A stretch of 64,000 nucleotides of DNA from Raillietiella orientalis (taxonomy: Eukaryota), in the NCBI GenBank assembly GCA_036172245.1, contig JAYWIR010000017.1, forward strand, positions 1,488,001 to 1,552,000. Reading direction: 5' to 3'. The notes below the pieces were generated by a model. It searched no databases. It was given only the letters and a program-made list of their open reading frames with translations, and had not been told where the DNA came from. The position numbers and the translations under genes are program-made. Positions 11,683-24,133 of the stretch are shown here, one piece after another; within the stretch, counting starts at the first letter, position 1; each line of letters begins with the position of its first letter.

Positions 11683-13880
11683 AAAAATGCACCCGGAGGC
11701 TCCTCCACCATCGTTGCCATTGTCCGAGCAGGCATTCCCTAAGAGTGGAACACCCCAGCGGTAGAGTGGGACAGGTCAGCAAGGCATCCGCGAAGCATCT
11801 CGCCGTCCGCACCAGAAAGAGCTTGTGCGCGCACCGAGGCGTAGAGAGGGGGCCTGCGGCAGAGCGAATCGAGAGCGACTTCTTCCTCTGGTTAGCTGGT
11901 TAGCCGCATTTCAGGAGACCACCAGGTCGCGTCTTCCGAACGCCGTCGGTAGACGCTCGCCTTCTGACGTCACTCGGAGCGTGACTCCAGACAAACCACT
12001 CTCTTCCTCCTCCTCCTTCCCCCTTCCTCCTGTTGCATTTCCTCCCTCGCCTCCTTGTCCTCTTCTCTTCCCTTCTCCCTCCTCTTCCTCATCCCCCTCT
12101 TCCTTTCCTCCTCCCCACTTCCTCTTCCTCCCTTCCCTCCCCCTTCGGGAGGAGGGAAAGAGGGAGGGACCTCTCTCTCTCTCAGCACTGTGGACTCCGC
12201 TCTTTCCGGAAGGCCTCCATGCCTGCAGTTCCGGAGACGCGGAACGCGGGGGTGGGGAGTGGGGGGTGCGCTGCTCACAAACCAGGAGACGGACGAACAG
12301 GCTGAAAGGGTGAGCGAGAAGACCCAGAGTCTCGCAACTCCAGGAGAGAACTTGGAGAAGCAGACTCGAAGGGCCCGTGGATGCTAACCGGATCCTGCGA
12401 TTCTCAGTCTCTTTGGCACGTTTCTTCCACATCCGGATGGATTCTGCATCTCCTACTTAACGGGCCGTTCCCGCGAACTCCCCCACCCCCCAGTCCCTCT
12501 CCGTCTCTGTCGTGGCCTCGGCAACGGAACCGAGAGCTCTGTGGCAATGAGTCTTTCGGCTCTGCCGTCAGACGCCGACGAAAGATTCCCGAGACCAGCT
12601 GAGACGCACTCTGACCGGTCATAGCCTATGGGGACGCAGCAGTAGGGAGGGCTGACACCCCAAACCTCGAGAGAACCAAGAGTGAGCCCAACCCACGGTT
12701 CCGGATGCACCGAGGGGCTGTGACCATCTCGACAGCAGAAGAGAGAGAGCCAACCCTGCAGAAGTGGTGTCGCAGGGAAACACTGGCGGAGAAGGTGGGC
12801 ATTGGCGCCTACCGGGCGATGCGGAAGCAGACAGCGCTGGATGGGGCACATCGCACATCCTGGGCGCAGAAGCAGCCGCTAGCGGCTCTGCAGTCAGCGA
12901 GCGGGAGAGGTCAGAAGGGGTCGACAGGGTCGGCGAGGACGGCCGTGAGGGACCCACGGCGCGCGTGGTGCAAACAAATGCATCCCTCTCCATCGGGACG
13001 AGGGAAGGAAACAGGCAGGGAGGTGGTAGAAGTGACGGAGCAGGAGAATGGATTGATTCTTTTTCTTCTTTCTTCCTTCCTTCCCTTCGTCCTTGCGGGT
13101 GCACCGCACCTGAGGAGGCGCGGTCGGCATCAGTCGCTTCGCTCCGAGAGGTGGGCGTGGCGCCCGAGAACGGAAGGGAGCAGCCTGTGGTCGAGACCGG
13201 ACCGGAAGCGGGGATTCGCTCCCTCTTTCCGTGAAGAAGGCTCTTCCGCGTGGCCCTCAAGTCGTCAGTGCTCCCTTCGATCTTCTCTGGCGAGGATGGC
13301 ACTACCCCAGCCCCCTTGTTCTGAAGATGGGGCGCTGGGCAGGGGAACCCGTGCGAGAATGAAGAGGAAGTCTGGCTCTCCCGGAAACTCTGACCCCGCT
13401 CTCCCCTGTGGCACTCTTCAACCGGAAAGCGGTTCCTTTCCTGCCTCGAAGCTCCATCGGGGATTATCTAGGCAGAGATCTTCCCACTGCTTGCACGGGC
13501 GGATGCTCACGACCGCGGTGTCCTCCCGCAAGATGGTATCCGGAAAAAGGAACGAGGGAGGAGGAGAGAGGAGGAAGGGATACCTCCTCTCTTCCTCCTC
13601 CTCCTCCTTTCCTCTCTTCCTCTTCTTTTCCTCCTCCTGATGACCTGCTTTCGCGGGAGGATCCGGAGGAAGGGAAGAGGGGAAGGAAGGGGGGAAGGGA
13701 GGAGATTCCCCTCTTGCTCCCTGGCGGGCATTGGTCTCCGAAGAAGAAGCGGAACCAAAAATTACGCAGATGGAGCGCGTGGCACACGCGCGCTATCCGC
13801 CCGGCAGAGCGAATTCCTTTTGCACCCGCGCGAGACCTAGTCTCGTCAGAGATAGAAGCGGCGCTGGGGTCTCACGCTCT
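11432..13880 (-). pseudogene. Histone quartet relic B2 (GC-rich)
   Basis: H2B ARVQKEFALPGG and VQAVGRSLP. H2A TSRSEA...SGAVHPQGRREG and LTAEPLAAA (ORF 12619-13302). H3 CETLGLLAHPFSLFVRLLVCE (cf. [22 protein letters not shown]; ORF 11911-12432). The H4 is a near-identical copy of that in B4. Confidence 0.75.
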
Positions 13881-14339
13881 CCGAGGAGGGGTGACTTCAC
13901 CCCTCGCCTTCCTCCTACCCCCACATCGCGCCCGAAACGTGCCCACCCGCGGCGCCTTGGGGGCTTTCCTGCCGCAGGAAGACGTGCCTCGGTGTGAGAA
14001 CGCTCCTGTTCAGGGAGAGGAAAGGGGAGGGGGGAAGCCGAAAAAAGAAAAAAGACTTTCGACGGGCCCCAGGGGTTTTCTGCTGGGCGACGGCACAAGA
14101 GGTTTTTGCGTGCTTCCTGTTTTCGGCCGCCTCTCACTCACCCTGTCACGCAGCGCCGCCCTTCCTACCGGACGTGCCTGCAGTTCCCCCGTCACGAGAG
14201 CTCGCTTGTTGGTTTCCTCCCGCCGCCGCTAGAGGGAGAAAGGAAGAAACAATTTCCTTCCGCTCCACTGACGTCTTTCCCCTCATCCCTCGTGCCTCTT
14301 CCTCCCCGCCAGTCCCGCGCCCCCTCCCTTTGTTCTCTC

Positions 14340-15257
14340 CCGATCCACGCGCGCCAGCTGGCGGACCTCGTCGATGCCGCCGCCTCAATCGCCCTCTTCC
14401 ACCAACGTGCTATCCTTCCTCCTCCTCGCCCTCCTCTCCGTCCCCTGGCGGGCACCCGCCGTCGCCGTAACACGTCCAGGGCGTAGGAGGAGCCTGTCTT
14501 CCCTCACCGGAGGGGTCACGACCGCCACCGCGCTGCCGGCCGAGATGTCGCACTCCGCATCGCGGCTCTCCAGTCGACGCCGAGCCGCAACACACGTTGG
14601 GCCGTCCGGGGCGCAAAAGGGAGACCCCACGCCCCGACTCCTTAGCCAGCCGATACGCCCGACAGCCTTCCATCCTATCCTCCCCCCCCCCCCCTCTGTC
14701 CCTCAGGAAATCCCGCAGGATTAGCTACCGCACCCGTGCGCGCGGCCATTCCACGCACGACTAGGCCGTTGCGCCTGTACACTGGCTGCCCACGCGAGAA
14801 CACAACCGTGTTGGCATGCGCATGCTGCGCGTTTTGGGACGCCAGCGCGACCGACCACACGGGCGGATCGGCCGCACGCACAAGCAGCGGGCAAATGCAG
14901 CGCGCGCGCAGTATCGCAAATGCGCAACACATGGTGCGGTACGCGCCGCCCCGAGGGGGTGGAGGAGGAGCGGGTAGCACGCTCGTGCGCGCGCAGGCAC
15001 CACTGACTCACCTCCCCCCCTTGCGAGACGGGCGTCTTTTTCCCCCCCCCACCCTCACCCGAGGAGGCAGCGCGCGAAAGTCGTCTTCCGCACCACCTTC
15101 GCTGGCGCCGCTCTCCTCTCGAGGAGAGCGCTCGCGCGCGGACCCGGAAAAAGCCAGAGAGGAGGAGCACGAGAGCCGGGGGCGCAGCCTCTTCGCGCGC
15201 GCGTGGTTCTTCTCCCCCCTCCCCCTCTCTCCCACCTCCCCCCAAAAGCGGTACCAG
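14340..15257 (-). pseudogene. Partial quartet relic B1 (H3 with tail, H4)
   Basis: H3 tail region 15257-15096, GGGGKK...CLR, and NAQHAHANTV...YRRNG (cf. CAIHAKRVTI...RRIRG). H4 AARRRLESRDAECDISA and TERRARRRK (ORF 14385-14630). Confidence 0.6.
15096..15257 (-). repeat. Inverted repeat copy 1 (about 160 bp, GC-rich, H3-tail-derived)
   Basis: Reverse complement aligns to 23969-24130 (ctggtaccgcttt...cgcgcgcgcgaagaggctgcgc...gtgctcctcctctctggct...gaggagagcggcgcca). Confidence 0.92.
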
Positions 15258-15344
15258 AGATCGAGCGCGCGCGCGTCCGCCCGCCGCTGCGGACGGATGC
15301 CCCCGGGCGCCGCGGCGCGCGCGCGATCCCGTCGCACTGACGCG

Positions 15345-15352
15345 TATAAAAA
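15345..15352 (+). promoter_or_regulatory. TATA-box-like TATAAAAA in a CpG island at the divergence point of the - and + blocks
   Basis: Isolated AT tract in very GC-rich DNA, about 95 bp upstream of ATG-TCG at 15443, which precedes the first H2A relic of the right block. Confidence 0.35.
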
Positions 15353-15442
15353 CCTGCCGTCCTCCGGCGCGCCCGCTAGTGGCCGCCGAGGAACGAGCGA
15401 CCCGCGCCAGCTGTGTATCGGGTGCACCGGTCGCCTTGGAGA

Positions 15443-16790
15443 ATGTCGTCTTGGGAGTGCTTCTGCGACGTCGGAGAACGCAGGTAGGGCTACTGGAAGA
15501 TCGAATGGGGAGGTCGCGTCACATCCGAGGAAGGGGGGAAGGGGGGGAAGTGCCCATGCTATCCGGGAAAAGTGGGGGTCGATTCGAGCGGCAGTTTCCC
15601 CTCTTCCCTCACGCATGTTGCTGCGGCGACCCGGATCCGCCGTCTGCCCCGAGTCGCCACCCCCCTGCCTGGAGCGCTCGTCGCGTCGGCAGTGTCCCTT
15701 CTGCTGCACCTTCACCCGTTCCCTCCCTTCTAGCTGCCTTCGGGGGAAGAGGAGTCGTCGTCGCATTGACCTGCCTCTCTGTTCCAGGTCCGTCTCTTTC
15801 ATAGTGACCACTTGGAACGTATCCGTCATGGTGACCTCTTGGCTGCGGTGATCCTTCGACACGCCTACTGAGGGAGCAGCAATCTGAGCAGGTACGCCGG
15901 GACAGGGACTCAGGGGACAAGGGGAGGCGCCTTCCTTCTCCCACGAGGATCTTCGCGTCCGCGGCAGGCGCTGGGGACGCCGCGTTCACGGGATCGCGCC
16001 TTCCTTGGAACCGGGTTTTCTTCCTCCCTGCCTCCCCACCCTCCTGTTGGGCTCCGCCGAGATCAAGGATAGAACCTTCCGAGCGTCATCCGCTTCTTGG
16101 CTGCAACGGTGCTGCCAGACGTCCGGTTCAAGTCTTCCCGTCTTCGGGACCTCAGCAACGCCTCCCTGTTTCTCGTCCTCCACTGTGTCGACGGACCCAT
16201 CCAAGGTCTCCAGGCACGCTGGAGGTCGAGGGAGGTGATGGCAAGCGGCGGAAGGTCCTCCTGGTCCCCGCCGGGGAAGACCCCAGGAGGACTTTGTTTG
16301 CCTCGCCTGACCCTCCTCGTCTTTCGCAAGCGAGAGATGGTGGAGCGGTTTCTTCCCGGTTTGTCGCTACGCAGCAGGAGCGGCAGCGCCACAGCGCGGA
16401 CGGGCATGCGGGACCGGGTGCACAACGCTCTCGAGAGTTCTTCGACCTCGTCTCACGAGCACGCGCGCGGTGATTCGTTGCTTTGCCCTGCGGAGCTGGG
16501 GATAATGCCCCAGACATGTCGTCGGCTTGCGGGCGTCTCCCGGGCGCGCGCGCGCGCCCACGTGGTGAGCCGGGGCCGAGACGCGCCAGGAGTTGGGCCG
16601 TCGGTGACAGCGTCACACCGCGTCCGCTGACGCCCTGGCACTGCTTGCCCAGCGCTGGCTCCCTCCTCTCCAGCGGGAGTCGCGCAGCACGAAAGCGCTT
16701 TCACGATGGTGCAGCCGGCAGCTGCGGGGGAAGCGGCGCGGCGCCTTCCCCCTCGCGCGTCCCAAACCTCCTAAGGGTCGCGTTCTTCTA
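15443..16790 (+). pseudogene. Partial quartet relic C1 (H2A, H3, H4)
   Basis: H2A RTQVGLLEDRMGRSRHIRGR and DHLERIRHGDLLAAV. H3 VIRFLAATVLPDVRFKSSRLRDLSNAS (cf. [27 protein letters not shown]) about 16086-16170. H4 LGIMPQTCRRLA (cf. QGITKPAIRRLA) about 16495-16530. Confidence 0.78.
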
Positions 16791-16799
16791 GATTTTCCT

Positions 16800-18330
16800 C
16801 CTGCAAAGAGGCTGCGAAGATGGAGGCTCTCCAGTACGTGGGGACACCCAGCCCTCAGGTCACCGGACCACGATGCACCCATTTTTTTTATTTTTTCGTC
16901 CAAAACATTTTCGATAAGCCGTTGAACCCGAACGCTGAGGAGAGTGGAGATGGAGGGTGGCCGTCTTCCAGCTTCGCCATCTTCCAGTTTCGCCGCCTCC
17001 GCCTGTACCTGGAAAAAAATATACACTGCGTGCCTTTTCGGTTTTCGTGATCCGCCTGTCTTTTCATTGCCCTCCGGGCAGATTTCAGGACTTCCGGCGT
17101 CCGTTCCCGCACTTGCTCGAAGTCGCCAGAGTGCGGGAGGTCCCCTCGGCGGCGTCCTGGAACGGTTGCTAGGATTGCTCAACCGACGAGACTTTCGTCT
17201 GGTCATCTTCTCCGTTACCTGGACAAACAACGCTACCCAGCGAGTCCACGGTCGGAATGCTCCAGGGTGTTTCACTGCAGCTTTCCTCAGTGCCGACATT
17301 TGCGGTGCTCGCTGCAAGTATCGTGGGAACGGTCGATTTCAGGAACTTTTTGGAAGCGCCCTCCATCCAGGCCTCCTCGCTTTCCTGTTCGTTCCACCCT
17401 GCAGGGCTACCAGTTTTTTTTTTTCCTTCCTCCTTTCCAGCCTCATCACGGTGCGGCATCGGCAGTGCTAATGTGCGAGGAGAGTTCCTAAATGCCTCAT
17501 GAGTCTGACCCAGCACGTGGCCTACGGAAGGAAAAAAAAAAAGGAATAGCGTTCCAGAGTCTCCGTGGCAGCAAGTGTTTCCCATCGAAGCACAGAATTC
17601 TCCGCGGGACTCTGGCGTGTCACGTTTCGGTGGACCTGCAAAAAGCCTTTCGCGAGCGCGGAATCACCGGTGCAGACATGGCCTACCAGACACGTCTGCT
17701 GGCTCTGTGAGGAAGGAAGCACAGCTCAAGAGGGGGCAGTTTCCTCTACACAGTCCGGATGAATATCCCCAGACTTCGATTGAAAAATCCCAAATTGCTT
17801 CTCGTACTCATATAGTCGTGAGCGGAGCACCGTGGTTCATGGCGCGATATCCCGCCACCGGCTCAAGAGGCAGTTTGCGAAACTCTCGCCGTGCTCTCAT
17901 CCAGGCACCGACCGTTTTTTCCAGGACCGAGTTGCGATCGAGGTAGAGGGAAAGAATGATGTTCCCACTCGGTCTTAAAGTATCATCACAAGAGAGACAA
18001 AACCCGTGTGTCTCCACTTCTCATCACTTCTGGTTTTCTTTTCATTCCCTCGTTCTCAGGAGGGTTTTCAATGACCCTACCACCCTCAGTACTGTGATTT
18101 TGAGCCCCTGCGGACCGCCTCCTGCCGAATCGACTCCGGGGAATGCGCAGATTGCAGGGCTGATTTCAGCCGCTCTTTCGAATGGTCTCGAAGGCGCCGA
18201 GTTGGTGGTTTGATGGACGCACCACTTCACGAGCATCTCGCTCTCACGAATCAGCATCTGGGGCGAACCGTCTCTTAGTGAGTTCCTCTCTTCTGTTCTC
18301 TCTACCATCCACTTCTACAAGCTCCCTGCC
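16800..18330 (+). pseudogene. Histone quartet relic C2
   Basis: H2B FFVQNIFDK and LRLYL (ORF 16820-17050). H2A RSRQSAG...NNATQRVHGRNAP...GNG...LITVRH (ORF 16944-17471). H3 KHRILRGTLA...LQK...ADMAYQ (ORF 17492-17710). H4 RRVFND...GNAQIAGLI (ORF 17956-18213). Confidence 0.82.
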
Positions 18331-18389
18331 TTCGTGATGGATGGGCTACAGCAAAAGAAGGCCGCTGGAAGAAACAGGGGAGGTGCTAA

Positions 18390-18400
18390 ATGGGCCACGG

Positions 18401-18432
<32 letters not shown>

Positions 18433-20660
18433 TCCATTACTGTGTCCGGACCAGTGGTCGCTTCCTGTTTAACGAAAATTTCTACAACCTTCGACACCCT
18501 CCGCGCACGCAAGGAGCTGCTGCCCATCTTCCCTTGAGTTGGTCCAAAAACGGTTTGGATTCGCACTTACATATGCGGCCCCCTGTCTTCTCGGAATTTC
18601 TTTTTACCAGGAAAGGATGGGAAAATGGAAGTTGGCAGGCAGCAGTCTGTGGAAGGTGTTGGGGGTTACAATGGTCATCTAGACCGGGAACACTTCGAAA
18701 GCAGCTCGAAGATCAGGTTTAGGGACGTCACCATTGAAGAACATGTAAAGAAGGCCACCTCAAGAATAAACGTGGCGCAGGGCAGAGAAGCATGAAAATC
18801 TCTGAATCCAAGTGGGGCAACGTAGCGCTTTTCGTGCCGGAGAGTACACAAAACTGAAGAACTGCTGATTCATTTAGTCTGACTAAACCTTCCGCATGCC
18901 CTTGCATCACCTATCAGACATGGAGCCGAACGGCTCCTCAAAAGATGCGGAACATGGAAAGAGTCCCTGTGTCGCACCATCAGCTGCCGTCAGGCCGTGA
19001 TCATAGATCTTCACGACCAGCTTGTGGACCAAACGAGGGCCACACAGAAAAGGAAGTGATCCCCAAGCAGTGCTGAAACTTGTAATTCCATGGAAAACTC
19101 ATTGAAATCTGCTGCAACTGATGTGAGCTTGCAGCAGTCCCTGTCCGTTTCACTTCCTGACCTCGTTTCCGGCAATGGACTGCGCGGTAAAATCATTGGT
19201 GTTCTTTCGTTTTGGAGAATGCACATCGTCTCTTTTCTCCCAGTGGTCCTTGGACGTGAGCCAGGTAAATCAGTAAAAAGAGTTTTTTACCGCTCTGTTT
19301 CCAGTTGCTTTCATGCCTTGATAACTGCTGGGCGAGAGCATCTGCGTACGATGCTAATCAAATGTCTTCTTGTAGCAAAGATCACGGTTGGCTGGAGGCT
19401 GTCTCCATTCTCCACCCCTGCTCACAGCACAGGCAGAAGGCACAATACACTGCCTCTTCCACTCCCCAACTGCTGCTCCAAGAGCGAAGCATGGCGAAAG
19501 CAGCATGGCGTCGTTGACTTTCCGTCTGAAACGAACACAGTCTCCTTCGTGACGAGGCGACGCTCGAGCTTAAGTGTTGGTTACACGCGTCCTTCGAGAG
19601 GACTAGGGTTCCTGCTTAAAAAGTCCTGGCTGTAGCACTTTCGCCGCCGAGATCAACATGCTGCTCACGGGCAGGCATTCAAGAACTGAGGAAAAGATCT
19701 GAAAAGGAACATCTTAGTGCCTCCAGTCCTGAGAAAAAGTCCTTGACTACTCTCGTTCAGACTTTGAAAAAGGAAGCGACCACGTCCAACGCGGCTGCAC
19801 GATGAGTGAGCATCGCCATCGTAATTCTCTCGAAAGCCGTGTCCATGCCAAACGATTCCGCTTGTGAAAGGGGCAGGCCATTTGCAGGCCTACTGGTGCG
19901 TGACACGCGAGCATTCTGCAGACAGCTCATGCCGCCCCTCTGGGAAGCTGCTGCTGTAGAAACTCTTGCATGGAGAATGTCTGGCCAGAAAGAGGAGACT
20001 ATCCGCATTCTTTTCTTGCTAGCGCACAGGAAGTCTTGTGTACTCGGCACCCTGATACGTCCAGAAAGCACAGATCCCTGGAAATGCTCTAGTGATGGTG
20101 CGGGTGCCCTGATGAGGAGCGGTAAAAGCGAGGTGAACTTTAATCATCAGTGATCTGAAGGTTCCTCTGCGCGCCTACAACGGGGTCGCGGTGACGTGCA
20201 GCCATGACCAACGAGAGCATTTTTCTAGTGCTTGGTTGTCTGTCCGAAGGAGAGGAACTTAAGACTGCCGCCTCCGTTCTTTCCTCTTCCTTCTCCTCTC
20301 CCCAGTTCCGTGGTAGAGGCGAACTTGAAAGTATCGGGAGCACACAAAAGAAAGAACGAAACTGATGGAGAGTCGCGTGACCGCCATGGTGGTTTCCATA
20401 CGCAAATGCGCCCATTTCATAACTGATGGTCCGGAGAAATGCCGGAGCTGCTTCACCGAAGTGGCGAGCCTGTGGTGAGAGAACGAGATCTTATATCAAG
20501 AGAACTCGCAAGAGTCTCCAAAATCACTATTTCCCGCTACTTGGGCAGAAGCTTAAGTGATGGACCGAGAGAATTGCATCGTGCAGCTGCAACGCTCCGG
20601 CCATGCTGGTTTCCCACGCCATGCATGGCGCGACCGCCATTTACCCAACGGGAGAGCCTC
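18390..20660 (+). pseudogene. Histone quartet relic C3
   Basis: H2B RARKELLP...VGPKTVWI. H2A SLQQSLSVSLPDLVSGN...FLPVVL (ORF 19090-19635). H3 RGRPFAGLLVRD...WEAAAVETL (ORF 19806-20153). H4 LLHRSG...DLISRELARV and APAMLVSHAM (cf. VTAMDVVYAL) about 20595-20625. Confidence 0.78.
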
Positions 20661-20859
20661 CTGTTGCGTGATCCTCGCCGAGGAGCGGCCAGATTACCAG
20701 TGCTGGTGCAGTCGCTTCCCTGGCGGTTGGTATGCCCTGAAGACGCGTCCTTGAATCCGGAAGCAGAAAGCGTTAGATAGCGCTGAAGGAAGTGTTCCTT
20801 CGTCTCGGTAGCCAATGTTGCCACCCTTTCCTGCAGCGTACGCCGCCCTTTGAAGGAGC

Positions 20860-22900
20860 GTGCAGCAAACCCTCGGGTACGCAACCTCCAGCCCAACAGT
20901 GCTGGAGATCAATCATGATGTTGCTTGTGGATACCAGAAAGTGCTTCTCCCTGAGGCTGCTCACCTGCCCTGCGAGCAAGATAAACGCGATAACCTTCGC
21001 TTTTGCATGGGTTTGCCTCTTGAATCAAAGAGACCAAGGACCGCTCCGGCACAGCTGAATCCTGCTCTTGGAGTGTTGGACCAAGAGGTGGATTCTCTTC
21101 GCTAAGGAGACCTCGAAGAATATCTACCGAATGAGAAGTTACCCGGGTGGGAATGTCTCACAGAGATCTTCCTTGAGGAGCTCCCTGATGCGACACCCTT
21201 TGCGAGCACCAGTGGTAGACCCAGCAACGCGTACTTCCTGCAAAGCAACGCATCACACGTTAATCAATACATAAGCATGGTTTGTCCAGTCCGAGGGGGA
21301 ATTTTCAGGGAGGAGCTGTTCGCGATGGGAAAGGGGATGTGGGCAAGCACGCTGTCCCTGTAAGAATTTAACAGCACACGAAGGGAGTAACTCTTTCGAG
21401 CTCAGATGAAAGTCCCCACATTTCGATCGAAAGATTGCAGATTATTTCTTGAAGGCTGGAGCTTAGTCTTTTTCAGTAGACGGATTTCAATGCTGGCGGT
21501 CGACTGACCTACCCGGTGGGCAGCTGCTCAGTAGGGAGGAGGGTACACGCGCTGAGTCCAACTGAGCGTCTGACCGGTTGCTTCGTTTGAATTCATGAGA
21601 GGAAGAGCTCCCATACATATTGGAAGGAACAGTTTTCTGCTGTCTGGATTCACGACGTGGGACTTGCGACTTTTTTTCTACTCTGTTTTTGTGGCAAGAA
21701 GGGAGCAATAAATAGAATTCAGTAGAATGTGGCAGCGCAGTGATACCTGCACCACTGATTCTCTTCAGATGCTTGCACTGCACAGAACTCTTTTGTCTAG
21801 CCAGTCTGAAGAGTTGAAGACTCGAGGATGCCCAGCTGTTGAGGACTTGAAGACCAGTCTAATGCCACACATGCATTTTTTTTTCTTTTTTTTTTTTAGG
21901 TTCCTCCTTATTGAGGAACCGAGATGAAAGCAGACCGATGCACGAACGCTCGCAACTATTAGCGTTTAGAAGGAGGTTTTGTTTTGAGCGTCTTACTCGG
22001 ACGTTCTTCCGGCCTTCAATAGGAAAAGACCGGCCGACGAAAGCAGTTTATTTGCATATCACTTCTTAATGTTTTGATGTTGGATTCCGCAGCAGCTACT
22101 TCGTTTTTCCCGGAACCACTCCCAAACAATAGGTGTCGCTCGTTGAGACGGCACTTTCTTTTTTTCCCAAGCCTGTAAGTGTTCGAACGCTTCGCGGTTC
22201 CAAAGGATTCCAGGTTGGCTTGACACATGTCCGAACGAAAGGTCGTTCCGGCTCCGAAGTGACTGTGGGTAAGAGGGGAGCACCAACCATCAAAAGTGCC
22301 GTTTCAAATTTAAGTTTTAAATTGGCTTCATCCAAAAATCTCGAGTGAATTGTCTCTCCTGCTCTCAACATGTGAATTTGAAACGTCAAATGGAAGCAAA
22401 AAAAAAACGCGCCCTACTTCTCCCATTCTCTGTTATACAGCAGTGCTAGTGATCCGTAACTTAGAAAAGAATTCATTCACCAAGGAGGTTCTAAATTCTG
22501 ATGTGGATGATCTGTTCAAAACGAGGAATCGCAACTCGAATAACCATTTGACACAGTTTCTGGATTCTTCCTTGGGACTTGCAGAGACTCCATCTACTGA
22601 CGGAGAGCATTCTGTTTCCGGTCCAGAAAAAATCTGGGCATCAAGTTGGTATTTTCATCCAAGGAATTAACCGCTGATCGAGAGCGAATGCCTCCAGGAA
22701 GAACATGTGATTCTGATGGCCGATATCTTCGACTCGCATACATGGAGACAACCAGCTTAACTGTGCAGCTTCCCAGTGATTTGGGTTCGGAGATACTCGG
22801 AGCGCCATCGGTCCCGATCTTGGTTTTCATAACATGGATACAGAGAGCTTCCCGAGTTCGAATTTTTACATTTAATCTTTATCATATTTTTTTTTTTAAA
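20860..22900 (+). pseudogene. Histone quartet relic C4
   Basis: H2B YQKVL and ASKINAITFAF. H2A about 21550-21850 (weak). H3 FFPGTT and VFERF (22100-22200). H4 FIQGINR and RYLRLAYMETT (cf. [18 protein letters not shown]) 22654-22755. Confidence 0.68.
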
Positions 22901-23968
22901 AAAAATCATCAGGAAATCTTTAATCTTCAGCTGCTGCTTCTTTGCTGGCTGCATTGACAATCTAGAATCCGATTGTAAACAGAGGATGAACGGGCGTCGC
23001 GTAAATAAATCTGCCCTACTCCAGGGAGGAGTTATGATGCCTTACTCTCTCCTGCCCTTTCGGAAATCCCAGATATCTTTAAAAGATACCTGGGATTTCC
23101 TCTCAATTTAGGATCGCGAGAGGAGGCATTTCCCCTTTTCAGGAGCTTTTCTCACATACCTATGCTGACTTTGACCTCATCAAACATCACGTTCGGAGCG
23201 TTAATACAGTGAGAGTGCTTGTAAGCAGACTGAGAGTGTTTCTTGCTAGAGGCTGCAAGCATCATTTGATAAGAACTGGAAAAGGTAACAGAGATAGGAA
23301 ACGGAGATGAGAAATGCACACTGAGTTGATGCAACGATCCAACGTCGATCGAGAAGTGTTCTCAGCGGATGCTGTTGCATCCATCGCAGGAACAGGTCTC
23401 AGTATTTAGCAGGTCGATGCCCGCTGCTCGAACTTTCACAATTGACTCATTTAAGGATCGGTCAGTGCAATATTCTTTAAGGCAATAGCCGGTGCCTCGA
23501 ACAGCTTTGCACCAATCGGGAAAATCGAGAAATCCGCGAAAGGATGCAAGAATGAAATGTGCGTATCTTTCATGAAGAGAGATGGTAAGTTGAAACATCC
23601 TTCCTGTTTTCTCCAATGAAAAGATCATTGTAATGATACTGGAGGGGCAAGAAACTTTCTGGAGTTACTCTAAGTATCATTGCAAGATGTCATGTGTTTT
23701 TTTTTTTTTCTTTCTTTCTCCATCCTTCAGTATCTCAATCTTTCCATATCATTCATGGTCGTAACCGCTGAAACCGAGGATACACTCGACACTTTCCTAT
23801 TCATTCTTTCTTTCTTTTTTTTCTGTACCTCAACGTAATTTCAAAGTTATCTCTGATTTCCTCCATCGCTGCGTCTAGATAATTCTCGCGACCGACTGGA
23901 CCAAATCTCGCTCTCGAGAACAGTCGTGAAGACTAAGTACGATACCGTCACGTGGTAAGTAGGCACCG

Positions 23969-24130
23969 CTGGTACCGCTTTCGGGGATAGGAGGGAGGGG
24001 GAAGTGGGGGAAGAACCGCGCGCGCGCGAAGAGGCTGCGCTCCCGGCTCGCGTGCTCCTCCTCTCTGGCTCTTTCCGGATCAGCGCGCGAGAACTCTCCG
24101 CGGGAGAGGAGAGCGGCGCCACGGCGAAGG
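23969..24130 (+). repeat. Inverted repeat copy 2 (about 160 bp)
   Basis: Partner of 15096-15257; lies between the C5 H2A relic and the H3 fold relic. Confidence 0.92.
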
Positions 24131-24133
24131 ACA

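Noticed and set aside
23131..23146. Stem-loop-like TCCCCTTTTCAGGAGC
   Set aside because: The outer stem does not pair, and it sits at the start of an H2B fold relic rather than at a 3' end.
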